Part shown: piece by piece, positions 35,579-49,721 of the stretch | Position numbering within the stretch: the first letter of the stretch is position 1 | Layout of the letters: the number at the start of each line of letters is the position of its first letter | DNA from: Ptychomitrium polyphyllum | Taxonomy: Eukaryota | Assembly: GCA_973851085.1 (NCBI GenBank) | Contig: OZ316776.1 | Coordinates: forward strand, 6,882,001 to 6,946,000 | Direction of reading: 5' to 3' | Length of the DNA stretch: 64,000 bases | The notes under the pieces: model-generated | Told to the model about the DNA's origin: nothing | The model's input: the letters and a program-made list of their open reading frames with translations, nothing else | Database searches by the model: none | Program-made: the position numbers and the translations under genes

Positions 35579-36846
35579 GAGCTTCGTCACGGTTCTGTGA
35601 GTTCAATGCGAGATTCATTACAGTTGCAGAGATCCGAGTCGGTTGTGAGTTATATTAAAGCCTTGTTCAGCAATTGCATTTCGTTTCCTTGCTTCTCCTC
35701 TAGATTGCTTTCTACTTTTTGGTTTCAAGTGCTCTACATATTTATCGATCATGACATGCTGTCTGCCATGAGCCCATGTGTTTATCAGGGAATACATGTG
35801 ATTTATTTCACATGGCGGCACTCTCCTTGACGGGACCAAATAGGTATTCACGACCTGTGATGCTCAAAGTAAGATCTGCACCCTATGGTAGAGTACAATG
35901 TATTGAACATGTTTACCTTAGTCATGGCTGGAAAGAATTTATAAAGGAGAATGGTTTTCGGGTGGGCGACCGGATCATCCTTAATATGGTGAAAAGGTTA
36001 ACTTTCCGTGTCCTTGTCTATCTGCAACTCAAGGAGAAAGCGGTAATCGAAAATGCTACGCTCTCTGGTATTTCGTCCAAGGACGAGGAAAAAACTGGAC
36101 TTGACGACAACAGAACACCAGAGAATGTCGTATTTTTAGTATCACCTCTGCAAGAAAAGGTATATCACCGACGTCTAAAGCTCGAAACTGCTGTACCCAA
36201 GTGCGAAACCAATTTCAACCCCGCAGAAACATCTATACAACAATGGCATTGTGGGTCTCCAGACAAAGCGGAAGTTGTAGCAGCCAAGATGTCTCCTACT
36301 CTCGGAGCAGAAGATTTTGCTCTAGAACTTGCTGCTACCATCAGCTTGGGTTCTACATTTCCACAATTTGTTAGGAAGGTCACAAAAGGCTGCCTCATGG
36401 GTGTTAAGATACAGGGTTGGTAAGACTAATTCCCTGTTTGTATGGAAGCTTGATTTGTTCACCATCACTGGCTAGTAGCCTTTTAATCAGTTCCCATTAC
36501 ATGCATAAGATTCGGTCAATTCTAGTATGACCTCCACGAGCAGAAATTACAGAATATTCGTATTGAAAACTCTGTAAGCTGATTGATATACGTAATGATC
36601 TGTTGCTTCCAGGAGCTACCGTTTGGGTTTGTCAGGGAGCATAGACACAAATTTCAAGCTCATGTATTTCTCTTCGGCCCAAATGGTCGTTTGCGAATCG
36701 TGAGCCGCAGAATGTTTCAAACCGGACGCCATGGTAGCAGAGTGCAGATCCGACAAGGATGGAAAGTTTTCGTGCGTGAAAATGGGTTCAAAGTGGGCAA
36801 CGTGCTACAATTCTTTTTAGTGGGACTCTCCAGGTTCGTCGTTTAG
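35579..36846 (+). pseudogene. Two-B3-domain (REM-like) gene, probably disrupted; 5' exons unresolved
   Basis: B3 motifs LTGPN...YLSHGWKEFIKENGFRVGDRIILNMVKRLTFRV and ELPFGFVREH...LFGPNG...IRQGWKVFVRENGFKVGNVLQFFLVGLSRFVV. The strong donors (tct|gtgagt ~35596, ttg|gtaaga ~36419) are out of phase with the next acceptors. Confidence 0.7.
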
Positions 36847-38238
36847 TTGTTCCCTTCTGTGTAGAATTAGTCTGCACCTTTTTGCAAGCCAACCCTTCAA
36901 GAATAGACGGCTGGCTTGGCAGTAAAAGCCATGTTACGCGTGCTCTACATGCTTATCTGTCTACCATTTCATGAATGCTAAGACTTCAACTGGCAGGTCA
37001 CCTGTGTAGACAGGTTGGTAGAGAATCGAGTAGCTTAAAGGAAATATGTGTTCCGAAGGAAACGACCATATCAAGTGTTGTACAATTTGCGCATATATGT
37101 TACAATGAAACTGAAATTTCCAAGTGTTAGCACCTAATGGTGCTTATTTGGAAAGTCCACCAGCGATAATGTATTTGCTATGAGCAGTGTTGAGGAAATG
37201 CATATCTAAAACCTTATTGCAGGTTCATTAGTGTCACGTTTCGGCTTCTTATATGTCCAATGACATTTCTCTGAATTGATGAGTGATCAAAGATGCTGCA
37301 CATGTGATGGAGAAATGTAGAAACGGCTTTACGGCAGGTTTTATAGAGACGGTTTTACAAAACAGTTAAGATATGTCTTAATTGTGTCCAAGGCTGCCAG
37401 CAACAACGTATGTGAAAGAAAAATGCTGGAAATAGAATATAATTTTATTAATAATACTTCTTCCGGTTTTCGTCATTGTGTTCTGCTGCTGACATGATAC
37501 TTCTGCACACTAAGTCATAATGGATTTGCAATTCGAATTCACCTTTATGCTACGAAATTTGATACGATCTTGACTATTAGATGCCACATATATTCAAGTA
37601 ATTCCAAGAAATTTGGAAACGAACACATTTGAAGTTGGAATTCTGTTGGTGAATTTAATCGTACAATTGACGGAAGCACCACATGCGATATTAAGATGAG
37701 GCTTTTATACTTCAAGCCGAACCTCTTGATTAAGGTAAAATTGTTTCACCAGAATAACCCTTGCTTTCCAAAACCACAGGTGACAATCATAAGTAAATAT
37801 TCTTCTTTCTATAGAAGAATATAGATAGAAGCGTCCATAGATCATTAAGTAGATACTTTTCAGGTGCTCATTTAGTGACACCTTTTTCCACTCGAATGAT
37901 GTATAGCACGATACACTCTTGGAAGGTCGTATCATATGACTAGAAAGGGGCTGTGTGCCTAACATAGTTCAGAAAACTCAACGCGGCAGATCATGCCATC
38001 TCCGTGACGTGATGAACGCGTTCACATCCAATATTTGTACATGGCCTGTCTCTGTAAGGTAAACATTCACTGCAGCAGTAGAATCGGCCCATGATAGTCG
38101 TCGGCGTTTTCAAAATTAATGATACTCTTGTTGACGGCCGAAAAGTGCAAAACTTCTGTTACTTGCCAAACAAGTATTGACAGGTTTAGGGTAATATGAT
38201 ACATGTCTGGTTTGAAGGAGACGACAAGAAAATAGTAC

Positions 38239-39540
38239 TTAAATCATAATTGCTGCGTCTGCTTTCTCTTGCAATGCCATGATAAACTTCTGAGCATATG
38301 AGAGATCAGGAAACACAGGCACGCCAGCCTCGCTTGCCGCTCGATGTTCAGGGGTTTGGAATCTGTCGAGCAGCAATGCATGCATGCCAAGGCTTCTAGC
38401 GGGAAGGTAATCCTTCCGGAGACTGTCTCCAATGTGAAGGGCTTGATCAGGGGCAATTCCACCAGCCTTCTGGAGCGCAATTTCGAAAATTCGTGGGTCG
38501 GGCTTCTCAAATCCGACGATGCCTGAGAAAACTCCAAAATCCCATTCTGAACCCTGTAAAACAAATAGAAAGGTTTCACGATTCCTTTCATCGAGTAAAA
38601 CGACCTTTACAAGTAACTAAGTAGATACAAAGAGGAGTCTCAGTGATTGTCAGACCTGATGAAGACCTAAAGTTGGCAATATGGCATCACGATAACGATA
38701 CTCTGCGTTGCTCACCACCCCTACAATAAGCCCCTGCTTCCGTGCCCAGCGCAAGAACGGCTGTGCATCGTTGTAGATAATATATGGCGCAGCTGATCCA
38801 AACATGGCATATATTCGCTTAAACACTTGATCAAAAGTCTCGTTGTCATAATCATAGCCAGCCTGTAAAACACCAAAACCAAAGAAACCTCGTCTTCAAA
38901 ATGAAGAAAAAACAATTTCTATGGGCACTAGTATCTAAACATCCGCAATTACAGTATTCAGCATTCTCCTACGAGCTCCAGACTCATCACAACAAAGACC
39001 CTCGCCTGGTTAAGTTCTACTGTCCACACACAATTATTTATCATAGGGTTGATGGTGCTTCACGAATCCAATCTGGTGTCGCGTCGAAATATTTGCAAAT
39101 TTAACCTAATCTTGATGCCATATTTGCAATATTGTACAATCTGTACAAGAATTTTCAAAACAACTTAACTCTGAATCAGGAGGCTGTTATCATTTTATCA
39201 GTAAACTTTCAGACCAAAACGAGGAGCATACCTCGAGAAACGAGTTTCGCACACACTCCCGCCACCAATCTACGTTGGGCATCCTGGCGGCGTTTCCAAA
39301 GCATGGATATTTAGTGGCCATGTCTGTGTAAGCAACCTTGAAACCCGCGTGCATGCGATCGTAATCGGGACACGGGACGCCCGCTGCTTTGGCAGCCATG
39401 CAATAGTAATCCCCCAAAAGCCCCTTGTATGCTATCAACGTCCCAGTAACATCCACCGTAATGCACTTCAGCTTCCGCAATGCAATTGACGACGCCTTGT
39501 GCACCATTGCTTGAGCTGCCATAGTCGCTGGTACCGCCAT
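38239..39540 (-). CDS. Haloacid dehalogenase-like hydrolase (HDHD3/REG-2-like), 3 exons
   Basis: Exons 39232-39540, 38656-38862 and 38239-38553 splice in frame: CITVDVTGTL, VGVVSNAEYRY, GFEKPDPRIFEIAL and ALHIGDSLRKDYLPARSLGMHALL. Confidence 0.93.
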
Positions 39541-41921
39541 GATGGCTTCTCTCCGTTTCTGCACTCTCACAAAAAACATTCAGAATCTGAGGTGACCTAC
39601 TGCTTCAATCCTTCGCAAAACCAACACCCCGAACTAAGCCAACCCAACCCCTGCAACAAAAGCCAAATACATCGAAGGCCCACCGATTGCTCGTCATGCG
39701 AGCACACACTCTACCAAAATGAGCAAAACCAAAACTTGAGTCACACACTGCCGCCCCTCCAACTGCAACCACTCCACCTAAGCAGAACAAAAATACAACT
39801 TTAATGGTGAATTGAGAGAAGTTTTCAAAACTCAAGGTAGGATCGTGTGCAACGTGAACACAGCCACAACTTAGCGTATCAGTCATCTGGTTCCCATTGG
39901 CTTGAGGAAGTGCCAAGGTTGGGTGACGCAACGTGATGGTAGTGCATCCTGACCATGGGATGGAAGCTAGGTTTTGACGCCGTGGGGCCACGATTGCATG
40001 AACGGCAAGTTTCCCCCTGCGTCGTCTGTGGGCCTCACACCGCTTCCGGCACAGGCTCCACAAGAGGGGCTTCAGGCATGAATACCGAAAACCGTCGCTG
40101 TATCCAAATCCGGCATCATCTGTCGAGGAGTACGTTTAACTTTCTGAAATCCTCAGAGGCACAGGTGTTGACCAACTCATATACAATTACTTTTTTACTA
40201 TATCTGAGCCTAACATTTGCACTCGTTGTTTTGTAGATCTCACGAAAAGGAGTGTGTGGTGACGGTAGTGGTGCCGGTTTTGGGTACAGCGACGGTTTTG
40301 GGTGTAGATTTTTTTTATGGTTCTTTGCGCCAGGATCCGTCCCACGCTGACCCGACTGCTTATCCTGTAAGGATGACTCTGCGGCGCGTTGCGGTGGCGT
40401 GGACTTGAGTGAAGGCATCGGGTGATAACTTACGACTGACATTCTGTCGCTCTTAAGTTCAGACTTTTGGGGGCCAGTGTTTAAGATGGCTGCTCGTACT
40501 GCAATTTGTCACCAGATTCTGTACGCGACCTTGATGCATAAGACGGCCTTTACAAAGCCTGTGTTGACACAACCTTGTAAACTGCAGTTACTCCAACTTA
40601 AGACCTCTGATACGAGGATGCAAGCCAGCAAGAGCGCACGAATACAGGGGTACATAATTTTGCACCCAAAGAACTCCACGTCAGCAAAAATTGAGCAATT
40701 GCTTCGTGCAGTTCTCTCTTAGAATGTAGTTACGGCATTTGGAAGGACCGGCTTTGTGTTCTCGGTGGTGTTGCAGCCAATACATTATCTCAAATCTATG
40801 TTGGAAGAAACCTTTGTAGCCATTCCAGCACTCTGTATCTTGCTCAATGGTACTGTACGTGCAGAGCTCTTCGAACAAAGCACTGGTCATGTTGATTGCT
40901 AGTTCTTGTGTTTGTTAACTGCGGATGTGCAGTTCTGAAGCCGTGCCACATACCAACATCCTGCACTCATGTATGATCATTCTTCACCCAAAATGCAACT
41001 TTCACTCTCCATAGGCAAGCTCTGAAGAGTGAAGACTAGAAATGTTGAAGCTGGGCCGAGCCTAGATGGTATGAGATCTTGCACCACCAGTTCAAGGTTA
41101 GATGCCCTTAAGCCACCATATATCTCAGAACCACCATCTGGACTTCCATTGGTAACTACAGTGTTGAATGTGCTAGACCCAATTCTGATTATGTTTTTTT
41201 AATATTAGGGACAAATGAGGGTTCATTCTTCTGTTATGTGATTAGATGGGATAAGCTTAGACACATTGGAGCACATGCTGATGGTGACAGTGGTTTTAGG
41301 TTTTGTCATGTGTGGACATTAGAATTACATAGTTTGGATATTAAGAACTCATATATCAAAGCAAGCTAGATGGATGGAGAGTGCATAAGCAAGATGCTCA
41401 ATTAAGGTAGAATTTATTCTTGTCTATGAAGAGAAGTATATGGAAAGGTCAAGTTTTAATGGAGAGAAACATTTGAATTGAGTTAATTATGATTGTATTC
41501 ACTTTTATTGTTAATGCATTATATAAGTTATGTTTTAAATAAACTTTGTTGGTAGTCATTATATTACTTCTTTTTTTAATACTTTCAAAACTAATTTTGG
41601 CAGAATTCATATACAAGTTTTTAACAAAACATACTTATCCAGTCTTTTTATTATAGGCTTAAGCTTTTAATAAAGGTCTACCATTGTAAATGAAAAAAAA
41701 TGCTATGCATTGGATTTACATTCAATTGATTAGACTTGTCATAAATATACATATTAAGAATTTCTAGAAAAGTTCTTAGAAGGTTTAAAAGAATGAAATA
41801 AACTACCAAAGAAGGTACCTTGGCTAAAAAAGCTTCTAATGAAGCAACCTAAAGTTGTTTGAGTACAAAGCATTGTACGATTAGCTTCTTAAGAAGCTTC
41901 CAATGCTTGTAGTTCTTATTT

Positions 41922-41925
<4 letters not shown>

Positions 41926-41989
<64 letters not shown>

Positions 41990-41994
41990 TATAT
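41926..41994. repeat. (TA)n microsatellite inside the 5' LTR
   Basis: About 68 bp of nearly pure TA dinucleotides. Confidence 0.95.
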
Positions 41995-43071
41995 GTTCAA
42001 GCTAAAGAGATCTTCAATTTCAACAATACATCTCTTATGGTCTAGTTTAGACTTCTTAATCATGTCTTTGTACCTTCTTATAATTCTTTGCTTCTAATAT
42101 ACCTTAAAAATATCTTATTCTATATGTTGAAGTTTTAAAGCCTTGTATTGTTATTACTTTTTCCATAATATTTTATTAAAACTAACATATAATAATATCA
42201 AAATTTGATCTTTTTTTATAGAAAATGGATTACTCTTTTTCATAGAAGTAATAAAATTTTTTAAAGATAATAAATTATCATCTTCTAAATTGATATTGTC
42301 CTTGAATTTTTTTTAATTTTTTACTCAATCATATTAATTTATTTATTTTACATTTCTATGCTAAGAAATAAAGAGGTCGATTTGACAAATTCAAAAGAAG
42401 CCAAATTAGATTTGATATAAACGCACTTGAAGCATTGAAGATCAAAATTGAGACTTTATCTAAGCAAAATGAAGAATTTTATATAACCATACATAATAGT
42501 CAAAGAACAAAAACACTTCAATTATTATTCCAAGTCATCCTAAGTGTTCCAATTCTTAGACTTTTTTAGTAGAAGACGCACATATTCAAGCCAACAATTC
42601 ACTATCAACAACAAAGAAATCAAGAATTAGCCTTCTAGAAAAGTTCAACAAAACATTTTTAAAATTTTGTAGTTTTATAAACCAAAATTAGTCTATTACC
42701 TTGCTTTAATCTTGATAGTATTTTATGGATGCTTCATGCATTGATTTAGTAGACACCTTCCTCTTAGGACAATCATTATCTTATTTTGTACCACATTTTG
42801 AAAAAAAATCTCCTATGTTTGGCTACTTTGATGCTTTCTTAGCTGCATTTGCAAAAATATTTGGTAACCATGACAAGCTTTGTTTGCAACCACTAAGATT
42901 TGCATCTTGTGCCAAGAACCACATTTGATGTCAATCTATGCATCAGAATTTTAGCAACTTGCATGCAACATTAATTGGAAAAAAAAGCTTTAATGAGTTA
43001 GTTTCATTAAGGTATACATAACAAAGTTGAAGATTTGTTGACGCCATGCCGGATTTCTAGACACTTGATAA

Positions 43072-43631
43072 TGTTAGGGACACAAGAAACAAGAAGCAGA
43101 AACAAAGTGTTTCCCAAGAATTAGCTTCCAAAGAGCTAATGATTAACAAGAACTTGATACAAGGACTAAAATAAGGCAGGATTCAAAATGATCTACAACT
43201 TGTATTGGCAAGACTAAGGAATACCTTGTCTTGCCTCCTATTTATACTATGACGTTTATATCTCCTAGGATACTTCTAAAGAAGCTTCCTACAAGGCTTA
43301 AGAATATTCTAGAAGTCTATGGAACCTTCCCAAGAAGTTTTTTAAGATGTTGGAACCACCCTAAGAAGCTTCTAAGGAGTTGGAACCTTTTTTAGGAAGT
43401 TTTCTAAAAATATAGAATCTTTCCATGAAGTTTCCTAAGGTAGTGGAACTTTCCTAGGAAGTTTCCCAAGATGATGGAACCTATCCAAGAAGTTTCCTAA
43501 GGTGGAGGAAACTTCTTAAAAACATGGAAAGACAATAGAGACATTTAAAAGTATTCTAAGAAGCTATTAAAGTATACTAGAAGGTTCTAGAATGTTCTAA
43601 GGACTATGTTGCATGATCTATGTTCGTGACA
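43072..43631 (-). mobile_element. Solo LTR inserted in reverse orientation into the gag region
   Basis: Ends TGTTAG...GTGACA, flanked by near-identical 5-bp target-site duplications gataa/gatga. Reverse-complement similar to 45966-46382. Confidence 0.88.
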
Positions 43632-45639
43632 GATGAAGCCATCAATTGAGCTTTGAAATGCAAGAACCGTTTATTATACTACATCATTTTATTATACTAC
43701 ATCCATATACCAATTTCTTGGTAATTTCAACTCCATCTACTTCCAATGACTATTTGGAAGCACAAGCCATATAAATTGATGCAAATTGCTTTAAGCCTTA
43801 TTAAAAACAAGAAGAAGTGTTAAAAAGAACAAGGCTTATGCTTGTATTGTAAAAAATCTAACCACAAAGTTGAATATTGTCTGGAGAAACTTCTACGTAC
43901 ACATCAAATGAGAAATACAACCACAGTGCTAAATGCTTTGTAGGAAAATAAAAACAATAAGCCATAGTAAGAACCATGCAATTAAATCTTTTTTTTTCTA
44001 CAAGCAAAAAAGATCCTATATTATTAAGTCGTCCTTCCTTTTTTTTTAATATACCTATTCATTTGAGTTTTTGGAAATTCAAAGGTCTTGTTTTATTAGA
44101 TTTTGGAGCCTCTACTTGCTTTATTGAAGGAATTTTTAAAAATCCATAAATATCCTTTGATTAAAAAGTCCAAGCTTGTTTATATAGAAGTCATAGATAT
44201 CCAACTTTTATCCTCTAAAGGTGTTATTCATAAGACCAATTCATTAAAAATAACATTAAATATCATAATAATTAAGTGGTGTTTAATATCATTAGATATT
44301 TATAAAATTCCATCATTCTAGGACTTTCTTAATTTAAAAGTACATAGTATTAGGAATGGATTATTCTAGTTTTAAAAGAAAAACTCCTGGTTGTAGATTG
44401 GATACTCCATAAAATAGGATTTCTCACACTAGATCCTATAACAACTAAATTTAAAGAAGAAGCTCATTCATCTCACAAATCTGAAATTATGAAGCAATTC
44501 TTTATTGGAGCTAAAGCATTTAAAAAGGTGGCAAAATGAGCACCTTTTTTGTTATATATGCAATTCTAACGCCCAAAGAAATGGCTTCATCATTGATCAT
44601 TCTAGAAAAAAATTAAGAGTTCTAAAGTGTAATAAAAAAGAAAAATGCAGACATTCTACCAAAATATTATTCCTACAATTATGCCATTAACCTCCAATAT
44701 GATGCTTAGCCACCATTTGGACCAATCTATAACTTGTTCCATACCAAGCTTTAGACATTAAGAAAGTATATTAAATAAAACTTAGCCAAGAATTATTTTG
44801 AAATTTAAAGTTTTTTACTAGTGTTTTGATACTTTTTACAAAGAAAGAAGATGGATCTTTATAAATGTATATTGATTACCGCAACTTCAACAAAGTAACA
44901 ATGAAGAATCAATATTCATTGCCGCTAATATCCGGATTTTTAATGAATTTTGCCAAGTAATGATCTATATTTAAATAGATCTAGAAGGGGCCTATAACTT
45001 AGTGCACATCATAGAAGGAGGCAAATAGAAGATAACATTTTGATCAAAATATGGACACTTTGAATACAATGACATATCTTTTGAACTTACTAATACACTT
45101 GTTATTTTCCAACACTTGATGAATGGTATATTTTGCAAGTACCTTGATATATTTGTCATATGCTATTTGAATGATATCTTGGTTCATTCAAAGAATCCAA
45201 AGGAGCATCTGACAAGGTGCGTAAATTTCATCAAAGATATCTTCAAAAATCAGATTAGTGATGACATGTTATCAGTAGCCATTAGCTTGACAAAGAAGAT
45301 TTTGCCATAGATAAGTATAAGAAGGAGGGAGAAATATCCAACCTTTAATTGTATGCAGCAATATATCCAAAACAAATCATCTTAAGATCCTAGTTAATAT
45401 GTCAAATCTCTAAGTTGTCATGGATATGTGTAAAAATCAGTCTATTGTGCCCTTTTCAATAGCAGCACTTGTTGAACCAATACAACTTTCTCAACCTTCA
45501 ATACTGGAGGATCTAAGCCAAAATATAAGAAAGACATTTCAACAACAAGTGCAACAACGTGCAGAAGTATTTGCCAATCGCCCTTCATATTCTAGTCTTA
45601 ATTCAAATGTTCAAGAGCTCTGGCCATTTTGTTAGAAGT

Positions 45640-45741
45640 TGGGATAGCTACTCCCAGAAGACCGGAGATTTTATTTGGAGGATGTTTTGGTGGGATAGCT
45701 ACTCCTAGAAGACCGGAGATTTTATTTGGAGGATGTTTTGG
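45640..45741. repeat. 51-bp tandem duplication
   Basis: tgggatagctactcc(c/t)agaagaccggagattttatttggaggatgttttgg twice, one mismatch. Confidence 0.93.
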
Positions 45742-45965
45742 AGGACTTAATCAAGATCAAACCTTTCGTTTGGACATTTCAATAACAGAAATCTTGGCTG
45801 ATGGTCATGGGCGTTTCATACAAGGAACAATTGAACCACTGAGCAAAGAACAACAAGCAAAATATGTTGCTTCTATTCATTGACAAATATTGGAATTTGT
45901 GGAGATGTGACAAGCAAGCTATAAGAAGAGCTCTTCATGAGACTTGTTGTTAAAGGGAGAGGTGA

Positions 45966-46382
45966 TGTTATGGATATAGATCATGGAACATATTCTTTTA
46001 GAACCTTCTAGAACCTTCTGATATATTATAGTACCTTCTTATAATACTTTCAATGTTTCCATAGCCGTTTCCACCTACTTGGGAAACTTCCTAAAAAGGT
46101 ATACCACCTCAAGAAATTTCTAAAGAAAGTTTCATAGACTTCTAGAACATTCTTAAGCCTTGTAGGAAGTTTTTTTAGAAGTATCCTAAAAGATACAAGC
46201 GTCATAGTATAAATAGGAAGCAAGGCAAGGTATTTCTTAGTCTTGCCAATACAAGTTGTGGATCATATGGTATCTTGCCTTGTTCTAGTCTTTGTATCAA
46301 GTTCTTGTTAAATCATTAGCTCTTTGGAAGGTGATTCTTGGGAAATACTTTATTTATGCTTTGTGTTTCTTATGTCCCAAAT
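45966..46382 (+). mobile_element. LTR of the same family as 43072-43631, preceded by a polypurine tract (3' end of a second element)
   Basis: PPT aaagggagaggtga followed by tgttatggatatagatcatg.... The internal sequence mirrors the 43072 LTR, e.g. aaggtatttcttagtcttgccaatacaagttgt. Confidence 0.8.
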
Positions 46383-47437
46383 TCTTCTAGTCTTCTATAT
46401 TTCACTTTTAAAAGTCTATAAGGAATCAATTATTCTAAAGCAGAAACAATTGCCGCCACCTGTAGTGCCAATTGATGAAAATCATGAATTTAAAGGGAAA
46501 AAAGTGTTTGATTCACAGACAAAATGTGGGAATTTGGAATGTATGGTTCATTGGCATGAATATGACATCAACAAATATACATGGAAGCCAGCTAATAAAC
46601 TTGCCAATTTTCTCATTAAAATTTGTGAACTCTATCAACAATATTTACGTAAACAAAAAATAGCAATATAAAGATTAGTGATCTAATAATATTGCCTAAG
46701 CTTGAAGTCTATCAATTCTTAGGTCTTTTAAGCAAAGAGGATAGCAATTTTTAAAACATAAGTTTCTAAGTTCCATACATGACATAGAATTTAATCTTTT
46801 GTATTTTGAGTTATCATAGTTCTTTGAAATTAATTCAATATGTAAAATATAAATAGACAAGATACAAATACTATGCTAGTCATATCATCCCACTCAAGTG
46901 GCTTACATTGATGACCTTGTGATGAAAAACAAATTGAATTAAAAAGGTGTCAAAAGATACTTAATAATAGGTCATTGATAATTATCTTTAGAATGGAGCT
47001 TGCATATAAAGATTATCTAGAAATGTTTGAAAGACAATTCTATAACAAAAACATGGAAATTCATGCTTGCTCTTAAGTGTAAGGCATTGGTCATTACTAA
47101 TAATTTAAAGATCCATGAATCATTTAAATTGTAAAAGGTGATTGGAATATGTTACAGATACCATGCAACAGTTTTTGACTTTCTACGGTTTTAAGCACTT
47201 ATTACAACATACTCTTTGGAAACCTCAAAATTAAAAGAAGAAGTGTTGTCACAAACATATATATTAGAAGCTTCTAAGAAAATTCCTAAGAGTTTTAAAA
47301 TAACCAAAGAAGCTTCCAAAGAAATTACCTTGGCTAAAGAAACTTCTAATGAAGCAATCCAAGGATGCTTGAATACAAAGCATTATACTAGCAGTTTTTT
47401 AAGAAGCTTCCAAGGCTTGTAATTCTAATATATATGG

Positions 47438-47822
47438 CATTAAGGACTTAAGAAACAAGAAGTAGACACAAAGTGGTTTCCAAGAATTAACTTCTAAAAA
47501 GCTAATGGTTAACAAGAATTGATTCAAAAACTAGAATAAAGGCACAATATAATATGATCCACAACTTATATTAGCAAAATTAAGGTATACCTTGTTTAGC
47601 CTCTTATTTACACTATGATGCTTGTATTTCCTTAAATATTTATAAAAAAACTTTTTATAAAGCGTAAGAATATTTTAGAAGTCTGTAAAACCTTCTTAAG
47701 AAATTTTGTAAGGAGGTGGAATGATTATGGAAGTATTGAAAATATTCTAAAAAGCTATTACAATATACCAAAATTTTCTAAAAGATTTTAAAGACTATGT
47801 TGCATGATCTATATCCATTTCA
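47438..47822 (-). mobile_element. Second reverse solo LTR, inserted inside the host 3' LTR
   Basis: Collinear with 43072-43631 (aagaaacaagaag...gactatgttgcatgatcta). Flanks tatgg/tatag form a near-perfect 5-bp TSD, and the host LTR resumes after it. Confidence 0.8.
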
Positions 47823-49721
47823 TATAGAAATCCAAGTTGTAGAATTTTTTGATTTCAACAACGCATTTCTTGTGGTCTAACTTAAATCTCCTAATCTTGT
47901 CTTTGTACTTAATTATATATTTTTTGTTTCTAGTATACTTTGAAGATACCTTATTTCAAATCTTGAAGTCTTAAAACCTTGCTTTGTCATTACTTTCTGC
48001 ATAAAAAAACTTACTAAAATGTACTCAAATTCAAATGAAACTTAAATTTGTATAATTAATATAAAAAAAAAATAGGCTTAACAATTTTTATTCATATCTT
48101 TAATAATATGGCTTCATAAACAACTTTTATATTTTGAATATGCAATAAATTGATGTATAAGTAAGATAAATATTATTGTCAATATTTTTTAATAATATTT
48201 TTTGCAATTTTTATCAATTATAAAAAATTTAAAAATTAATGGAAAATATACAATACAAATATGCTAATAGCCTAGTGGCTCTTTAATCATTTATATCTAA
48301 TCCTAATTTTCAAAACATTATGCATATAATAAACAAAATCCATTCATCAAAATAGAATTTACATGACTAAAACAGTGAAACAATCATCTTTTTCTTTTAA
48401 GGATCAAAAATGAAATTTATAGCAATTTAAACATAGACATTTATACTTTTATTGCAATATCAAATGGCATAATAATACATATTATAAATTAAAGTCATTT
48501 TGTTTCCATTCTCCTTATTTTTTGATATTTTAGTCTTTTTATTTTTAAAGCTTATTTTTAAAGTTTCAAATTTACAAAAAAAATTTAAAAACTACAGTAA
48601 GAAAGTTGCATATTAAGATAATAGATCTTCAATGGCCTATAAATTTTATAAGATTTGTATCTCTTTCATTTTATCCTTTTGCATCATTATTAAATTTTTT
48701 TTAAATTTGTTTTGTATATAGTGACTTGCAAAATTCATTGTACACTTCTAATTTGCTGAAAAAAATGAAACGTTGTTGTGGTAAGAATGGTTGTTATAGG
48801 ACACCCTCGATTTTTTTGCATCTAGTTAATCAAGTATAAGTTTTTCTTTTATAATGCAAATTACAACTTCCAACACTCATTAGCTTTTTTTTCATCTTTA
48901 ATTTCTACTTCCCAACTGTTCTTTTCCCCCATCTTAAAAATAATCCAAGTTTTTATTAACAATTCTTCTTCTTCTTTCTTTTAAATCCAAATAACATATT
49001 CTTCCATATTGTCAAGCTCAAAGGTCCTATTTTCTTAAGATTATAATAATATAAGTACAAGACTTTCTAAGTGCAACCCTTAAAATCTCTTATTTACAGT
49101 TCAAGTGGTTGTTAAAAACCATATCTTCAAAAGTTTCACTCTTTCTGTCATAATTCTTAAACCCTTTTTTTACTTCATAGTTCTATAACTTTATTTTCAC
49201 AATAAATCTAAACTTCAAATTTTATCCATATATTATCTATCTTACAATAAACATTTCATCAAAATTTAGCCTAAAAATCTTCTCCAATTATATCCATTGT
49301 TTCAAAAAAATATAGCTCCAAACTCTACAGTGTATTGCATACAAATTCCGGTTGCATTTTCCCTTACAATTCTTATTGTAAGGTTTCATTACTCTTAAAA
49401 TTTCTACACCGTCATTTTAAAATAGTCAAAAAGATATCCTACAAATTTCATTATTAGAAACCATTTTTACAAAAAGTTACAAGCATTCAAAGTTGTTGTT
49501 TTCAGAAACTCTAGACAACGCACTATATTAAGTTCAAATTAGTATCGTTGTCACATATTAACTCCAAATGAAGCGAATTATGGCTTTTTAAAAAGCTCAC
49601 AAGAGAAAAAAAGAAATCCAACAAAAATTAATTCAAACTAAGAACTGTACAATGAATCATCATCCAAAGAAAAGCTACTTTCTTATTTAAGTGGGAGAGG
49701 CCGAGAAAGAAGAAGAGGGCG

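Larger units (their letters stand above)
41737..48020 (+). mobile_element. Decayed Ty3/Gypsy chromovirus-type LTR retrotransposon, host element of a nest
   Basis: Related LTRs start TGTCA at 41737 and 47247. A PBS-like taatatcaaaat (decayed TGGTATCAGAGC) lies at ~42193. Relics include gag knuckle CLYCKKSNHKVEYC (~43840), protease LLDFGAST (~44093), RT CYLNDILVHS (~45160) and chromodomain MVHWHEYDINKYTWKPANKL (~46540). A purine tract precedes 47247. The right boundary is approximate. Confidence 0.85.
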
